Origin: a bacterium
GTDB lineage: Bacteria; SZUA-182; SZUA-191; JAJRXT01
Assembly: GCA_024277675.1 (NCBI GenBank)
Contig: JAJRUS010000047.1
Location: 37,791-101,790 of the forward strand
Reading direction: 5' to 3'
Length of the DNA stretch: 64,000 nucleotides
Positions 49,421 through 59,667 of this stretch are shown in pieces. Numbering within the stretch: the first letter of the stretch is position 1; each line of letters opens with the position of its first letter. The translations under genes and the position numbers were made by a program. The notes beneath the pieces are model-generated. The model was not told the DNA's origin and did not search any database. It saw only the letters and a list, made by a program, of their open reading frames with translations.

Positions 49421-51136
49421 TTGCTTTATTCTAAAATGCTGTTGCCTACACTGAAAGAGACGCCGGCTGAAGCGGATTTAATCAGCCATCAGTTGATGTT
49501 GCGGGCGGGCATGATTCGCAATCTGGCGGCCGGAATTTATTGCTATCTGCCGTTAGGTTATAAAGTAATCCGTAAGGTTGAGCATATAATTCGTGAAGAG
49601 ATGAATCGGGCCGGCGCCCAGGAGGTACTTTTGCCGGTGCTGAGTCCGGCTGAGTTGTGGCAGGAAAGTAAGCGCTGGGAGGTATATGGGCCGGAGTTAA
49701 TCAGGTTAAAGGATCGTCATCAGCGGGATTTTTGCCTGGGGCCGACTCATGAGGAGGTAATCACTGATTTAGTGCGGCGTGATGTGCGTTCATACCGTGA
49801 GCTGCCGCTTAATTTATATCAGATACAAACCAAGTTCCGGGATGAAATACGTCCCCGTTTCGGACTGATGCGGGCCCGTGAATTCATTATGAAGGATGGC
49901 TATAGTTTTGACGGCAGTGAAACCGAGGCCGAAGAAAGCTATCGCCGGATGTATGAAGCATACCACAACATCTTTAAGCGTTGCGGATTGGATTTCAGGG
50001 CGGTGGAGGCTGACACCGGGCCTATTGGGGGCAGTTTTTCCCATGAATTTATGGTGTTGGCGGATATGGGTGAAGACCGGATTGTAAGTTGTCCGGGCGG
50101 TGATTATGCCGCTAATATTGAACGGGCACATGCAATCCACCCCCAGGAGAAAAACAAATTGCCCATAGATTTGCGGGAATTAGAGCAAGTGGTCACCCCC
50201 GATATGAAGACGGTGGAGGAAGTATCAGCTTTTCTGGGATGTACTGCCGGGGATTTAGTAAAGACATTAGTGGTTCAAGTCGACAATGAAGTGGTGTTCA
50301 CTCTGCTGCGCGGGGATCACGAAATTAATCTTACCAAACTCAGGAATTTATTGGGATCGGAGCAACTGGCGCTGGCTGATGAGGAAACTATTGTCCGGGT
50401 GACTGAGGCGCCGGTTGGTTTTGCCGGTCCGCTGGGGATTAAAGGTTATAAGATCATTGCTGATCTGGCGACTAAAGAAATGAGTAACTTTGTTACCGGA
50501 GCCAACAAGCAGGATCGACATTATATAAATGTAAACTGGGAAAGGGACGTGATTCCCGCTCAATATGCCGATATCAGAGTGGCATCTGCCGGCGATTTAT
50601 GCCCGCATTGCCGTAAACCACTCGAGTTCAGTCGTGGAATCGAGGTGGGACATATATTTAAATTAGGCACTAAATACAGCCAGGCGCTACGGGCGACTTA
50701 CCTGGACGAGCAGGGCCGGGAGCAACTGATTATTATGGGCTGCTACGGTATCGGAGTGGGGCGTACTGTGGCGGCGGCCATAGAACAAAACCATGATCAG
50801 TATGGCATTATCTGGCCCAAGGCGTTGGCTCCCTTTAAAGTATTGTTGTTGCCGCTCGATATGGCGGATCAAGAGGTAATGAATTTAACTTCGGAGTATT
50901 ATGATGGTTTAGCGCAAGCCGGCATAGAATGCTTACTGGATGATCGGGATGTAAGGCCTGGAATAAAATTTAAGGACGCCGACCTTATAGGTATTCCGCT
51001 CAGGGTAACCATCGGCGCCAGAGACTTGAAACTCGGTACAGTAGAGCTTAAGATCAGAAAAACTGGCCAAACGCTTAAATCGTCTCCTGAACAAGCTCCG
51101 ACAACCATTAAACAATTGCTGGAACAGGTGGATTAG
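49421..51136 (+). CDS. proS: Proline--tRNA ligase (bacterial type with INS editing domain)
   Basis: 571 aa. Class II aaRS motifs, editing insertion, C-terminal anticodon-binding domain. Confidence 0.95.
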   Translation: MLYSKMLLPTLKETPAEADLISHQLMLRAGMIRNLAAGIYCYLPLGYKVIRKVEHIIREEMNRAGAQEVLLPVLSPAELWQESKRWEVYGPELIRLKDRHQRDFCLGPTHEEVITDLVRRDVRSYRELPLNLYQIQTKFRDEIRPRFGLMRAREFIMKDGYSFDGSETEAEESYRRMYEAYHNIFKRCGLDFRAVEADTGPIGGSFSHEFMVLADMGEDRIVSCPGGDYAANIERAHAIHPQEKNKLPIDLRELEQVVTPDMKTVEEVSAFLGCTAGDLVKTLVVQVDNEVVFTLLRGDHEINLTKLRNLLGSEQLALADEETIVRVTEAPVGFAGPLGIKGYKIIADLATKEMSNFVTGANKQDRHYINVNWERDVIPAQYADIRVASAGDLCPHCRKPLEFSRGIEVGHIFKLGTKYSQALRATYLDEQGREQLIIMGCYGIGVGRTVAAAIEQNHDQYGIIWPKALAPFKVLLLPLDMADQEVMNLTSEYYDGLAQAGIECLLDDRDVRPGIKFKDADLIGIPLRVTIGARDLKLGTVELKIRKTGQTLKSSPEQAPTTIKQLLEQVD

Positions 51137-51139
51137 CTA

Positions 51140-51904
51140 ATGCATAATTCTAAAAAATCTAAAGCCCTGTGGATAGGATTTATTATAATTTGTCTGGTGG
51201 GTATATATTTTAAAGCGGCCCACGCCAAAGCGCCCCAGGATATGGTACTCATCCCGGCCGGTGAATTTACCATGGGCAGTGAGGATGGTGATAAGGATGA
51301 ACTTCCACAGCGCCAGGTATACCTGGATGCCTTCTATATAGCTAAATATGAGGTTACCAATGCCCAATACCGTAAGTTCGTTAAAGCTACCGGTTATAGA
51401 GAGCCATATGGCTGGGATGATAAAAATTTTAATCAGCCCAATCAACCGGTAGTCGGTGTTTCATGGGAGGATGCAGCGGCATATTGCAAATGGGCCGGCC
51501 GGCGCCTACCCACTGAAGCCGAATGGGAAAAGGCGGCCCGCGGCGACGGGGGCTGGATATTTCCCTGGGGCCAGGATTGGAATAAGCAAAATGCCAACAG
51601 CTCATCATTGGACAAGCATAAAACTGCGCCGGTGGGCAGTTATCCTCAAGGAGTAAGTTCCTATGGGGTATATGATATGGCCGGCAATGTATGGGAATGG
51701 TGTGCTGATTGGTATGTAGCCGATTATTATCTCCTGGGTCCCGGGCGGAATCCCCCCGGTCCTTCAACCAGTGATTCGAAAGTAATCCGTGGCGGCGGCT
51801 GGTTTGATTCCCCTACCCAGTTGCGCACCACCAACCGCTATTACAGTCATCCGATGGTAAGGTACAACGGCATTGGTTTCCGCTGTGCCAAGGATTATAA
51901 ATAA
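51140..51904 (+). CDS. Exported FGE/SUMF1 family protein (fourth paralog)
   Basis: 254 aa. Signal peptide. VGVSWEDAAAYCKWAGRRLPTEAEWEKAARG...GNVWEWCADW...GFRCA. Starts 4 nt after the proS stop. Confidence 0.85.
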   Translation: MHNSKKSKALWIGFIIICLVGIYFKAAHAKAPQDMVLIPAGEFTMGSEDGDKDELPQRQVYLDAFYIAKYEVTNAQYRKFVKATGYREPYGWDDKNFNQPNQPVVGVSWEDAAAYCKWAGRRLPTEAEWEKAARGDGGWIFPWGQDWNKQNANSSSLDKHKTAPVGSYPQGVSSYGVYDMAGNVWEWCADWYVADYYLLGPGRNPPGPSTSDSKVIRGGGWFDSPTQLRTTNRYYSHPMVRYNGIGFRCAKDYK

Positions 51905-52025
51905 CCAGCCGGGGGCTGGATTTATCACTCAGGTAAATTTAAGGCCGGCCGCGCCCCCTGCCTATCCGATAGGTGGTAAGCCGGGACTTAATTTAAGCTA
52001 AAACAAATTATATGATTTCCGGTAC

Positions 52026-52778
52026 ATGAATAAATTAAAAGGTTTTATACTGGCGCTCCAGTTTTTAACCAAGTTTACTATAAAACGGAATATAACGGCG
52101 ACTCCCCGGGAGTTGGGGAAAAGCGGGGTTTGGTTTCCGGTGGTGGGCCTGGTATTGGGGCTGCTGCTGGTTGCGCTTAACCTGCTGCTTACTCCCTGGC
52201 TGCCGGAAATTATAGTAAGTATTATTTTGATACTCTGCCTGATCGGTTTTACCGGAGCCCTTCATCTGGACGGTTTTATAGATTTGGTAGATGGTTTTTA
52301 TGCTGGCCATAACCCAGCAGAAGTATTGAAAATAATGCGGGATACGAATGTCGGCAGTATGGGGGTGACGGCTCTTTCGGGTTTATTGTTACTCAAGATT
52401 TTTTCCTTTAATGCGCTTGATCCTGTATATAAAAATGTCGCTTTGATGCTTATGCCGGTTTTGGGTCGCTGGAGCCTGTTCTATGCAGCTTGCAAATATG
52501 ACTATGCCCGGCAGGAAACTGGTACGGGCCAGATATTCATCCAGGAAAATAGCCTGCAACAATTTATAAAGGCCAGTATATTTCCAGTTTTTTTCAGCGT
52601 CTTATTATTAAAGTCAGCCGCTATCTGGTTGGTGTTATTGGCGTTCTTCTCAATGGTCGGGCTCAGCGCCTGGTTCAATAAAAGAATAGGCGGTATGACC
52701 GGCGATAGCTTGGGAGCCGTTGTTGAAATAATGGAAGCCGTTGTTTTGTTGTTGTTATTGTTGTTACTCAACCGATAG
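52026..52778 (+). CDS. cobS: Adenosylcobinamide-GDP ribazoletransferase (cobalamin synthase)
   Basis: 250 aa. CobS topology and motifs (HLDGFIDLVDG). Unusual C-terminal poly-Leu (LLLLLLLL). Confidence 0.8.
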   Translation: MNKLKGFILALQFLTKFTIKRNITATPRELGKSGVWFPVVGLVLGLLLVALNLLLTPWLPEIIVSIILILCLIGFTGALHLDGFIDLVDGFYAGHNPAEVLKIMRDTNVGSMGVTALSGLLLLKIFSFNALDPVYKNVALMLMPVLGRWSLFYAACKYDYARQETGTGQIFIQENSLQQFIKASIFPVFFSVLLLKSAAIWLVLLAFFSMVGLSAWFNKRIGGMTGDSLGAVVEIMEAVVLLLLLLLLNR

Positions 52779-52862
52779 CCCTTAATTATTGGCGGCTGGA
52801 TTTTTTACTGACAATTTGATGTGTTTATATAGTCATAAGTCCTTAAAAAAAGGTGTTTCTCA

Positions 52863-53585
52863 TTGATAAATTATCTGAAATCAGTCATTTTTAATTGTCA
52901 ACACCCCAAATTTGAGGCTAACGATAGTAAAGTAAGATATTGGCACATTGTCAAGCGAAAATGTTTTCCCCAAGGCTGTGCGATCAGTGAAGGGGCGCCG
53001 ATAACTCCCGTGCTTACTGTATCCCAAGAGGAATACCGGGCTTTTTTAGATGGATTTAAGGTTTTTCAGAAATGGGCACATACCCGTAGCAAGAAGCTTA
53101 AGACCAATTTTATCGGCGTAATACAACGGGTAATCCCAAGATTTGAAATTGCCCTGGTGGAATCCACCTTGTTTCACACCTTTGAGGGTTATGCTCTGTT
53201 ATATAAAGAGTGTTTGATCGACAATACCTTTTTTGAGGATTATGTATATGTCTTAATTGATAAAGAAACTCAAGATATAATGAATTTCCATGATGATGAT
53301 ACGGTCTCCGGGGCAGGACGTTTCAATATAGATGAACGGGGGATTGTTACCATAAGTTCACCTGCTAAGCTTAAAACCATTATTCCCGGCAGCTCCAATA
53401 ATTATTGGGATGTTAAAGCCTTATCTCAAGTTTCTCTCCGCTATGTAAATTATCTACAACAAGATAACTGCTTGAGATGTCAATGGGCATTGATAAATAC
53501 CGAATGGTATCCTCACAGAAAGCGCCACCGTTTTCAGTTATGTTGTCCCCTTAAAGAATGTGTTTTACCAGCAAACGGGAATTAA
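52863..53585 (+). CDS. Hypothetical protein
   Basis: 240-aa ORF with a TTG start. Several Cys residues. No recognisable domain. Confidence 0.35.
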   Translation: MINYLKSVIFNCQHPKFEANDSKVRYWHIVKRKCFPQGCAISEGAPITPVLTVSQEEYRAFLDGFKVFQKWAHTRSKKLKTNFIGVIQRVIPRFEIALVESTLFHTFEGYALLYKECLIDNTFFEDYVYVLIDKETQDIMNFHDDDTVSGAGRFNIDERGIVTISSPAKLKTIIPGSSNNYWDVKALSQVSLRYVNYLQQDNCLRCQWALINTEWYPHRKRHRFQLCCPLKECVLPANGN

Positions 53586-53689
53586 CACTTTAATAAAAAC
53601 AGCACCATCTGGGTCGGGGGATATTAATAAATATAAGATTGTAGACCCAAACGGATCCCTTTATGGTATAATATGTGTAGGAGTGAGAA

Positions 53690-54475
53690 ATGGACTGTGA
53701 AAAATTCAGCCAGGAAATAGAGCTTATCTCTTTCCTCGAAGAAGATAATATCCGGTTGGAAGAGGCAATCGAACACTTAAAAAGTTGTCCTCACTGCCAG
53801 GAAAAAAAGCTGGCTAGTCGACAACTGGATAAGCTGATCGAGGAAAAAATGCAGGATGTACCTACCCCGCCCTTCCTCGCCAGTCGTATTCTAAATCAAA
53901 TCAAGAGTTCCGCTGAGCCACCCCGGAGAACATGGCGCTGGGGTTATGCACTGGGGGTGGCGGTTATTTGTTTGCTGGCCTTCGTCGGTTACAATCAAAC
54001 CCGGATTTTATCGCGGATAAATGGACTATATCTCCCCCGGCCAGCCGGCGCTTCGCAAAATTTGCAACCCAGCCATTATGCTTTGCTGAACATTATAGCT
54101 ACCATGTCGGCTAAACGCCATCAAAATATTATTTCCAGCCGTTTTGTGGTTTTTGACGACAACCTGGCCAATAAAAGTTTTAAAAGCAAATTCAGTTTTA
54201 AAATAGCCCTGCCGGATTTTTCCGGCAAGCTAAGATTGGTGGGTGGAAGTAAATGTCATTCCTGTAGCTATGAAGTAGCCTACTTATTATATAGAATTGA
54301 TTCCGACGGCGTTTCACTAGATTCCGACAGCGTTTCGCTCTGCGTGTCTTCTGCCAGCAACCTCGGTCTGACTAACTGGAACGGTAAGCCGACGATATTT
54401 AAGAAGAATAATTATAATGTAGCTGTATGGAAAAAGGGCGGCCTGGTTTACGCCATGGTATCCCATATTCCTTAA
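53690..54475 (+). CDS. Putative zf-HC2 anti-sigma-factor-like membrane protein
   Basis: 261 aa. N-terminal HLKSCPHCQ zinc-finger anti-sigma motif. One TM (WGYALGVAVICLLAFVGY). Periplasmic C-domain. Contains an internal 21-bp tandem duplication. Confidence 0.45.
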   Translation: MDCEKFSQEIELISFLEEDNIRLEEAIEHLKSCPHCQEKKLASRQLDKLIEEKMQDVPTPPFLASRILNQIKSSAEPPRRTWRWGYALGVAVICLLAFVGYNQTRILSRINGLYLPRPAGASQNLQPSHYALLNIIATMSAKRHQNIISSRFVVFDDNLANKSFKSKFSFKIALPDFSGKLRLVGGSKCHSCSYEVAYLLYRIDSDGVSLDSDSVSLCVSSASNLGLTNWNGKPTIFKKNNYNVAVWKKGGLVYAMVSHIP

Positions 54476-54527
54476 AGTGAAGCCAAAAGCATTATATGGA
54501 ATTCACAACAGTAAGCAAAAACTCTCA

Positions 54528-55493
54528 TTATAGCTTAAGGGTTATCCCAAGCATCAATCCATAAGTAAAAAGATCATTGTCCGGCCATTCTATGACCTTG
54601 CCGTTTTCTGTAGTAGTATCCCCTTCCAAATACTGCCATTCTCCAAGCCCCCCCACATAAGCCCCAAAAAATTCAGTAAACTGATAATTCACTTGGGTTT
54701 CAAAGTTTGCAATAAAACCTTCCTGGGCTTCAATGCTTGTATCAAAAAAATCATTTACGGCTCGGCCTCTCAATACGTAAGCAAAGCCCGGACTGAATGA
54801 CCATGACCATTTTTGTCCTATGTCGGCAGTAAGTTGGGGATTATACGCTATATAATCAATGGTATATTTCTCATCCACCATAAAGTCAAGCGGAAAAGCA
54901 GTCCCACTTGTATCAGTTATTACTAAGTTCCTTCTTTCAAACTCGATAACCCGACGTCCATATAATACCTTATGTTTTATTTCCCAAGCGCTTTCGAAGT
55001 CCTGAACATAGCCGAGGCCCAACTTAAGCTCCCAGCCTCTAAATTCAGTATCATTCTTCTGATCCACTACACTTATGGTCTTACCTTCCACATCATAAGT
55101 ATCATCCATATCCCAATTTTCTTCTTCTGTTGTAGTACGAAACAAGCCGAAATCTATGTCCAGACCTATTTTATCCCCTGAATCATTCTCATGATAAATG
55201 CCAGCCAGTAGATCTCCCCTGCTCATCCAGGCATCCCATTTGCTCTCTGTATCGGTAATCGTAGCGTGTTCTTTGTAAACCACCCGGCTTTGAGTAAATC
55301 TGGCGCCAAACTCGGTGCTTAATTTCATTCTGTTTTTCGTTTCAAATTGTATGGGTTCGTCCTTTTCAAATGCTTTACTCGCCCGTTCTTCGACCTCTGG
55401 AAAAATGTCAGTCTGGGCATTAGTAATACACACCATACTCAGCAATAACATGCAAATAACCACTACCCCAAAACCTATTCTATGTTGTTTCAT
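54528..55493 (-). CDS. Secreted/outer-membrane beta-rich protein of unknown function
   Basis: Start placed at MKQHRIGFGVVVICMLLLSMVCITNAQ (signal peptide). The ORF track's longer ORF extends to 55565. Alternating amphipathic beta-strand pattern. Confidence 0.5.
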   Translation of the reverse strand: MKQHRIGFGVVVICMLLLSMVCITNAQTDIFPEVEERASKAFEKDEPIQFETKNRMKLSTEFGARFTQSRVVYKEHATITDTESKWDAWMSRGDLLAGIYHENDSGDKIGLDIDFGLFRTTTEEENWDMDDTYDVEGKTISVVDQKNDTEFRGWELKLGLGYVQDFESAWEIKHKVLYGRRVIEFERRNLVITDTSGTAFPLDFMVDEKYTIDYIAYNPQLTADIGQKWSWSFSPGFAYVLRGRAVNDFFDTSIEAQEGFIANFETQVNYQFTEFFGAYVGGLGEWQYLEGDTTTENGKVIEWPDNDLFTYGLMLGITLKL

Positions 55494-55975
55494 TAATCTC
55501 CCCCTTTTACACCCGGACAAGCCGGGTTTTATTAGCCCGAAAAATTCGGGTCTTGTTATGGGCAAATCGACACTTAGGAGCCTGTCGGACTTTAGATGAT
55601 TCTACTGTGGAAAGTGATAAACATATCCATTTTCCCGCTCATTTTCGTTAAATAAACACGCTATTCGCCTCAAATGACCAAAAAAATGGGCTATATTGCT
55701 TTACTTTCCTCGCTACGAACCCTAAAGTCCGACAAACTCCTGGAAAGAAAAATATAAATTTACCAGCTTCCCATTCCTGGCCCCTCAGGCAAACAAGGTT
55801 TTATGGGACGTTGGCTCATAAACCTTATCCCATAAGGTGTCTGGCGAATCCAGCCTGAATTTATGAATAGCTCAGATTAGATAGCCAGTCTGTCTTCAGT
55901 TTGAAAATATTAAGTTTATCAAATCCATAGATTTTTATGAGATATAGGAAAACCTATATTATATTTGCCTTATAA

Positions 55976-56371
55976 TTAAACCAGGCCGTGCCTGGTGGCA
56001 ATTGCTTCAATCTCCAGCCTGGCTCCTTTAGGCAGCCCGGCAACCCCGACTGTGGCCCTGGCCGGCGGATTTTTGCTGAAGTATTGGGCATAAACCTGAT
56101 TAAATTCAGCAAAGTCAGCTAAATCAATCATATAAACCGTTACCTTAACCACATCTTCCAAGGCAAAACCGGCTGAGTCGAGAATAGCGGTTAAATTATC
56201 TAAAACCTTGGCGGTTTGCTTATTTATATCATTGCCGATGACTTCGCCGCTTTTTTGATCCAGTGGAATCTGCCCGGAGACAAACAGCCAATCGCCCGCC
56301 CTTATAGCCTGTGAATATGGCCCGATAGCAGCCGGTGCGTTTTTACAACTAACGACCTGTTTTTTCCCCAT
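55976..56371 (-). CDS. ridA: RidA/YjgF family reactive-intermediate deaminase
   Basis: 131 aa. APAAIGPYSQA...ARATVGVAGLPKGARLEIEAIA. Confidence 0.9.
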   Translation of the reverse strand: MGKKQVVSCKNAPAAIGPYSQAIRAGDWLFVSGQIPLDQKSGEVIGNDINKQTAKVLDNLTAILDSAGFALEDVVKVTVYMIDLADFAEFNQVYAQYFSKNPPARATVGVAGLPKGARLEIEAIATRHGLV

Positions 56372-56415
56372 GCTCCGCCTTTATTTAATGTATTTTATTA
56401 ACACATTGCACATAT

Positions 56416-57591
56416 TTAGCTGATAACATTGCCACTGGCAGCCATAGCAGCTTGATATACTTCCTTCAGCGGCCGGCCGGTTTTCCGGGCCACCCGCTTG
56501 CAATCCTCATATTCTGGAGCTATATTTTTAACCTTACCATTGATTCTGGCCACCTTTAATTTAATCCGGCCAAACCCAGTCTCCACCTCTTCAAGCTGAC
56601 GTTGCAATTTTGTTCGCTGCACCATATAACGCCTGACTCCCAGGCTGGTGCTTTCGGTTAATAGGAGTTCGGCTAAAGCATTGGCCAACTGCGGCGGGGA
56701 AAGTAGAGTGATACGGCTGGCCGGGCGATTTCGCTTCATGTAAATCGGAGCAAGGGAGACATCCACCGCCCCCATCTCAAATGCCCGTTCCATTATCCAG
56801 GCATACCACTCCGGGTTCATATCGTCAATATCGGTTTCCAGCACACTTAATTGATCTTGCAGATAATCATGGCAATCTTCCCCCACGGCTATTCGCAACA
56901 TATTGGGTAATTTCTCTATATTGTAATCACCGGCCCCATAACCTACCGCCGCCAGCCGCATAGCCGGGTACGGCCCATAGTCCTGGGCCAGGCCGGTAAT
57001 TATAGCCGCTCCGGTGGGGGTTACCAGTTCAAAATCGACCCCGCTGGAATATACGCCAACCCCCGTTAGCAGTTCCATGGTAGCCGGCGCCGGAACCGGC
57101 AAGCGGCCATGTTGTGTATCGACCATACCGCCGCCCACATTTATCGGGGATGCTACAACCTGTTCTATCCCCAGCAGAGCTAATCCAGCCACGGCCCCCA
57201 CTACATCTATTATAGTATCTACTGCGCCTGTTTCGTGAAAATGCACCTCTTCCAATTTCACTCCGTGAACCTTGGCTTCAGCCTCCGCCAATCGTTTGAA
57301 AATATGGGAAGCCGGCTGCTTTATGGAAGCAGCCAGGGAACTGTGATCAATAATCTGTTGAATATGATTGAGATTGCGTAGCGGTTGACTTGTTGAAGAG
57401 AGTTTAATCTCAAGCCTACTTCCCCGAATGACCCCTTTGACGGTTGATTTAAGCTCGAGCTGATAACCGCTTAATTTCAGTTTACCCAACTCACGCTTAA
57501 GATCGTTTAAGCTTACGCCTAAATCGAGTATCGCCCCCAGGATCATATCCCCGCTAATTCCCGAAAAACAATCAAAATAGGCGATTTTCAT
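56416..57591 (-). CDS. larC: LarC family nickel-insertion protein (nickel-pincer cofactor biosynthesis; DUF111)
   Basis: 391 aa. MKIAYFDCFSGISGDMILGA N-terminus typical of LarC. Confidence 0.8.
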   Translation of the reverse strand: MKIAYFDCFSGISGDMILGAILDLGVSLNDLKRELGKLKLSGYQLELKSTVKGVIRGSRLEIKLSSTSQPLRNLNHIQQIIDHSSLAASIKQPASHIFKRLAEAEAKVHGVKLEEVHFHETGAVDTIIDVVGAVAGLALLGIEQVVASPINVGGGMVDTQHGRLPVPAPATMELLTGVGVYSSGVDFELVTPTGAAIITGLAQDYGPYPAMRLAAVGYGAGDYNIEKLPNMLRIAVGEDCHDYLQDQLSVLETDIDDMNPEWYAWIMERAFEMGAVDVSLAPIYMKRNRPASRITLLSPPQLANALAELLLTESTSLGVRRYMVQRTKLQRQLEEVETGFGRIKLKVARINGKVKNIAPEYEDCKRVARKTGRPLKEVYQAAMAASGNVIS

Positions 57592-57705
57592 ACGTAAAAC
57601 CGATCCTTAACCTTTAAAACAAGCCACTAACCAGCCGAAATACCTGAAAAGACTACCATAGCCAAACGGGTTTAGTCAATTTTTTTTATCTTACAAGTTG
57701 AACCT

Positions 57706-58479
57706 TTAATATGACCCGGCCCCGTCGGGTTCTCCCAGCTTATTTATCTTATGTGCCAGGCAACCGGCCCCAAAACCATTATCGATATTTACCACCCCTA
57801 CCCCGGCGGCACAACTATTCAGCATAGTGAGTAACGCCGCCAGGCCGTTAAAACTGCTGCCATAACCCACGCTGGTAGGCACGGCAATCAAGGGTTTGTC
57901 CACCAGCCCCCCTACCACACTGGCCAGCGCACCCTCCATGCCGGCTACCACCACAATTACTCTGGCGCCGGACAACTTTGCTTCCTGCCCCAACAGGCGA
58001 TGAATACCGGCCACTCCCACATCATACAGACATTCTACCTGACTGCCCAACATACCGGCGGTAACCACCACCTCTTCAGCCACCGGAATATCCGAGGTAC
58101 CGGCGCTTATTATAAGAATCCGACCGCTGGTTTTAGGGCGCACTTCCAATTGAATAATAATGGTTCTTCCCTGTTCATTATAAATGGCCCGTGAGTCTAA
58201 CTTATATAGCGCCTGATATACTTCCGGTGTGGCCCTGGTGGCTAATAGATTGCAGCCCATAGCCAGAATCCGCTTAACGATTTCCTTAATCTGCGAAATG
58301 GACTTGCCCTGGCAGAAGACTACTTCCGGAAATCCCTGGCGCAGATGGCGATGGTGATCCAGCCGGGCAAAGCCCAGGTCCTCAAAAGGGAGCATCTTAA
58401 GCCGCTCCATGGCCTGCTCAACCGAGCACCCCCCCTCTTTTACCCGCTGTAATAATTCTTTCAGCTTATTAGGTTCCAT
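57706..58479 (-). CDS. larB: Nickel-pincer cofactor biosynthesis protein LarB (PurE-like carboxylase/hydrolase)
   Basis: 257 aa. ISAGTSDIPVAEE and PurE-like C-terminal fold. Confidence 0.8.
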   Translation of the reverse strand: MEPNKLKELLQRVKEGGCSVEQAMERLKMLPFEDLGFARLDHHRHLRQGFPEVVFCQGKSISQIKEIVKRILAMGCNLLATRATPEVYQALYKLDSRAIYNEQGRTIIIQLEVRPKTSGRILIISAGTSDIPVAEEVVVTAGMLGSQVECLYDVGVAGIHRLLGQEAKLSGARVIVVVAGMEGALASVVGGLVDKPLIAVPTSVGYGSSFNGLAALLTMLNSCAAGVGVVNIDNGFGAGCLAHKINKLGEPDGAGSY

Positions 58480-58482
58480 AAA

Positions 58483-59493
58483 CTAATTACCCATAATATC
58501 GGCAAATTCGCCTTTGATTTCGCGTTGCAACAATTCTTCCACCGCCTGTCTGGGAGGTTTATCTTCAAATAGTACCGCATATACCTGTTCGGTAATCGGC
58601 ATGTCCACCCCGGCTTTTCGAGCCAGCTCCAGGGCGGATTTGGTGGTTTCCACCCCTTCGGCCACCATTCTCATTTCGGCCAATATCTGGTCTAATTTTT
58701 GACCCTGCCCTACCTTGAGCCCCACATGGCGGTTACGGCTTAAATCACCGGTGCAGGTAAGCACCAGATCGCCCATGCCGGCCAAACCCAGGAAGGTAAT
58801 CGGCTTAGCTCCCTGCGCTGCTCCCAGTTTAGCCATTTCGATTAGTCCCCGGTTTATCAAAGCTGATCTGGTATTTAAGCCAAAACCCAGGCCGTCGGAT
58901 ATACCGGTAGCCAGCGCCATGATATTTTTTATCGCTCCGCCTAATTCGGTACCCACTATATCGTTATTGGTATATACCCTGAAACAGGGGGTACGGAAAA
59001 TCTGCTGAATTGTTTCGGCTATCCGGGCGTCATTGGCCGCCGCCACTACTGCGGTTGGATGTTTCCGGGCGACTTCGACGGCAAAACTGGGGCCGGAAAG
59101 CGCCCCCACCCGACATGGCAGCATTTGCCCTAACACCTGGCTCATGCGCAGCAGGGTATCATGCTCTATGCCCTTGGAAGTGCTGACGATGATAGTCTGG
59201 GAAGTGACATACGGCTTTAACTGTTGGGCTATCTGGCGCAAATGTTGCGAAGGCACCGCCATGACGATAAACTCAACCTGCTTTAACGCCTGCTCAAAAG
59301 AAGTACAAACTTGCAGCGATTCAGCCAGCTTTATGCCCGGTAAATAGACTACATTTTCCCGCTGCCGCTTAATAATTTCAGCTAACTCCGGGTTATGCAC
59401 CCACAGCTTCACCGGAAAACCTTTTTGAGCCAGCAAATCAGCCTGGGCGGTGCCCCAACTGCCTGCACCGATTACCAGCAGCGGTTGAGCCAT
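58483..59493 (-). CDS. gpsA: NAD(P)H-dependent glycerol-3-phosphate dehydrogenase
   Basis: 336 aa. VIGAGSWGTA Rossmann motif. GpsA C-domain. Confidence 0.9.
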   Translation of the reverse strand: MAQPLLVIGAGSWGTAQADLLAQKGFPVKLWVHNPELAEIIKRQRENVVYLPGIKLAESLQVCTSFEQALKQVEFIVMAVPSQHLRQIAQQLKPYVTSQTIIVSTSKGIEHDTLLRMSQVLGQMLPCRVGALSGPSFAVEVARKHPTAVVAAANDARIAETIQQIFRTPCFRVYTNNDIVGTELGGAIKNIMALATGISDGLGFGLNTRSALINRGLIEMAKLGAAQGAKPITFLGLAGMGDLVLTCTGDLSRNRHVGLKVGQGQKLDQILAEMRMVAEGVETTKSALELARKAGVDMPITEQVYAVLFEDKPPRQAVEELLQREIKGEFADIMGN

Positions 59494-59667
59494 ACATTGC
59501 TCCTTATCTTTGCATACGTTGTATTACCTTAAAAACAGGAGTCCGACAGATTCCCAGCCAATATTATCATTTTTAGCTGTAAAGTACAAACCGTTTACCA
59601 CATTGGGGCAGAATCTACAGCATAATTAATTTTTGTGGTGTACAGAGACACTTTGCAGTAATTTCTT

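Noticed and set aside
51905-52025. Cobalamin riboswitch upstream of cobS (GC-rich hairpins, GCCCCCTGCC)
   Set aside because: Only about 120 nt are available. No convincing B12 box (AGYCMGGAAGRCCTGCC). The first hairpin looks like the terminator of the preceding gene.
52740-52778. GTTGTTATTGTTGTTACTC microsatellite-like stretch at the 3' end of cobS
   Set aside because: It simply encodes the C-terminal poly-Leu tail of a membrane protein. The antisense ORF (MSNNNNNNK...) is a shadow ORF.
55566-55975. Possible RNase P RNA because of the AAAGTCCG core (compare the conserved GGAAAGUCCGGGCUCC of RNase P P4)
   Set aside because: The region is AT-rich. It lacks the downstream GGGCUCC and the 3' ACAGAAYCCGGCUUA P4 partner. 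The motif occurs in inverted duplicate and at an unrelated locus. Not RNase P.
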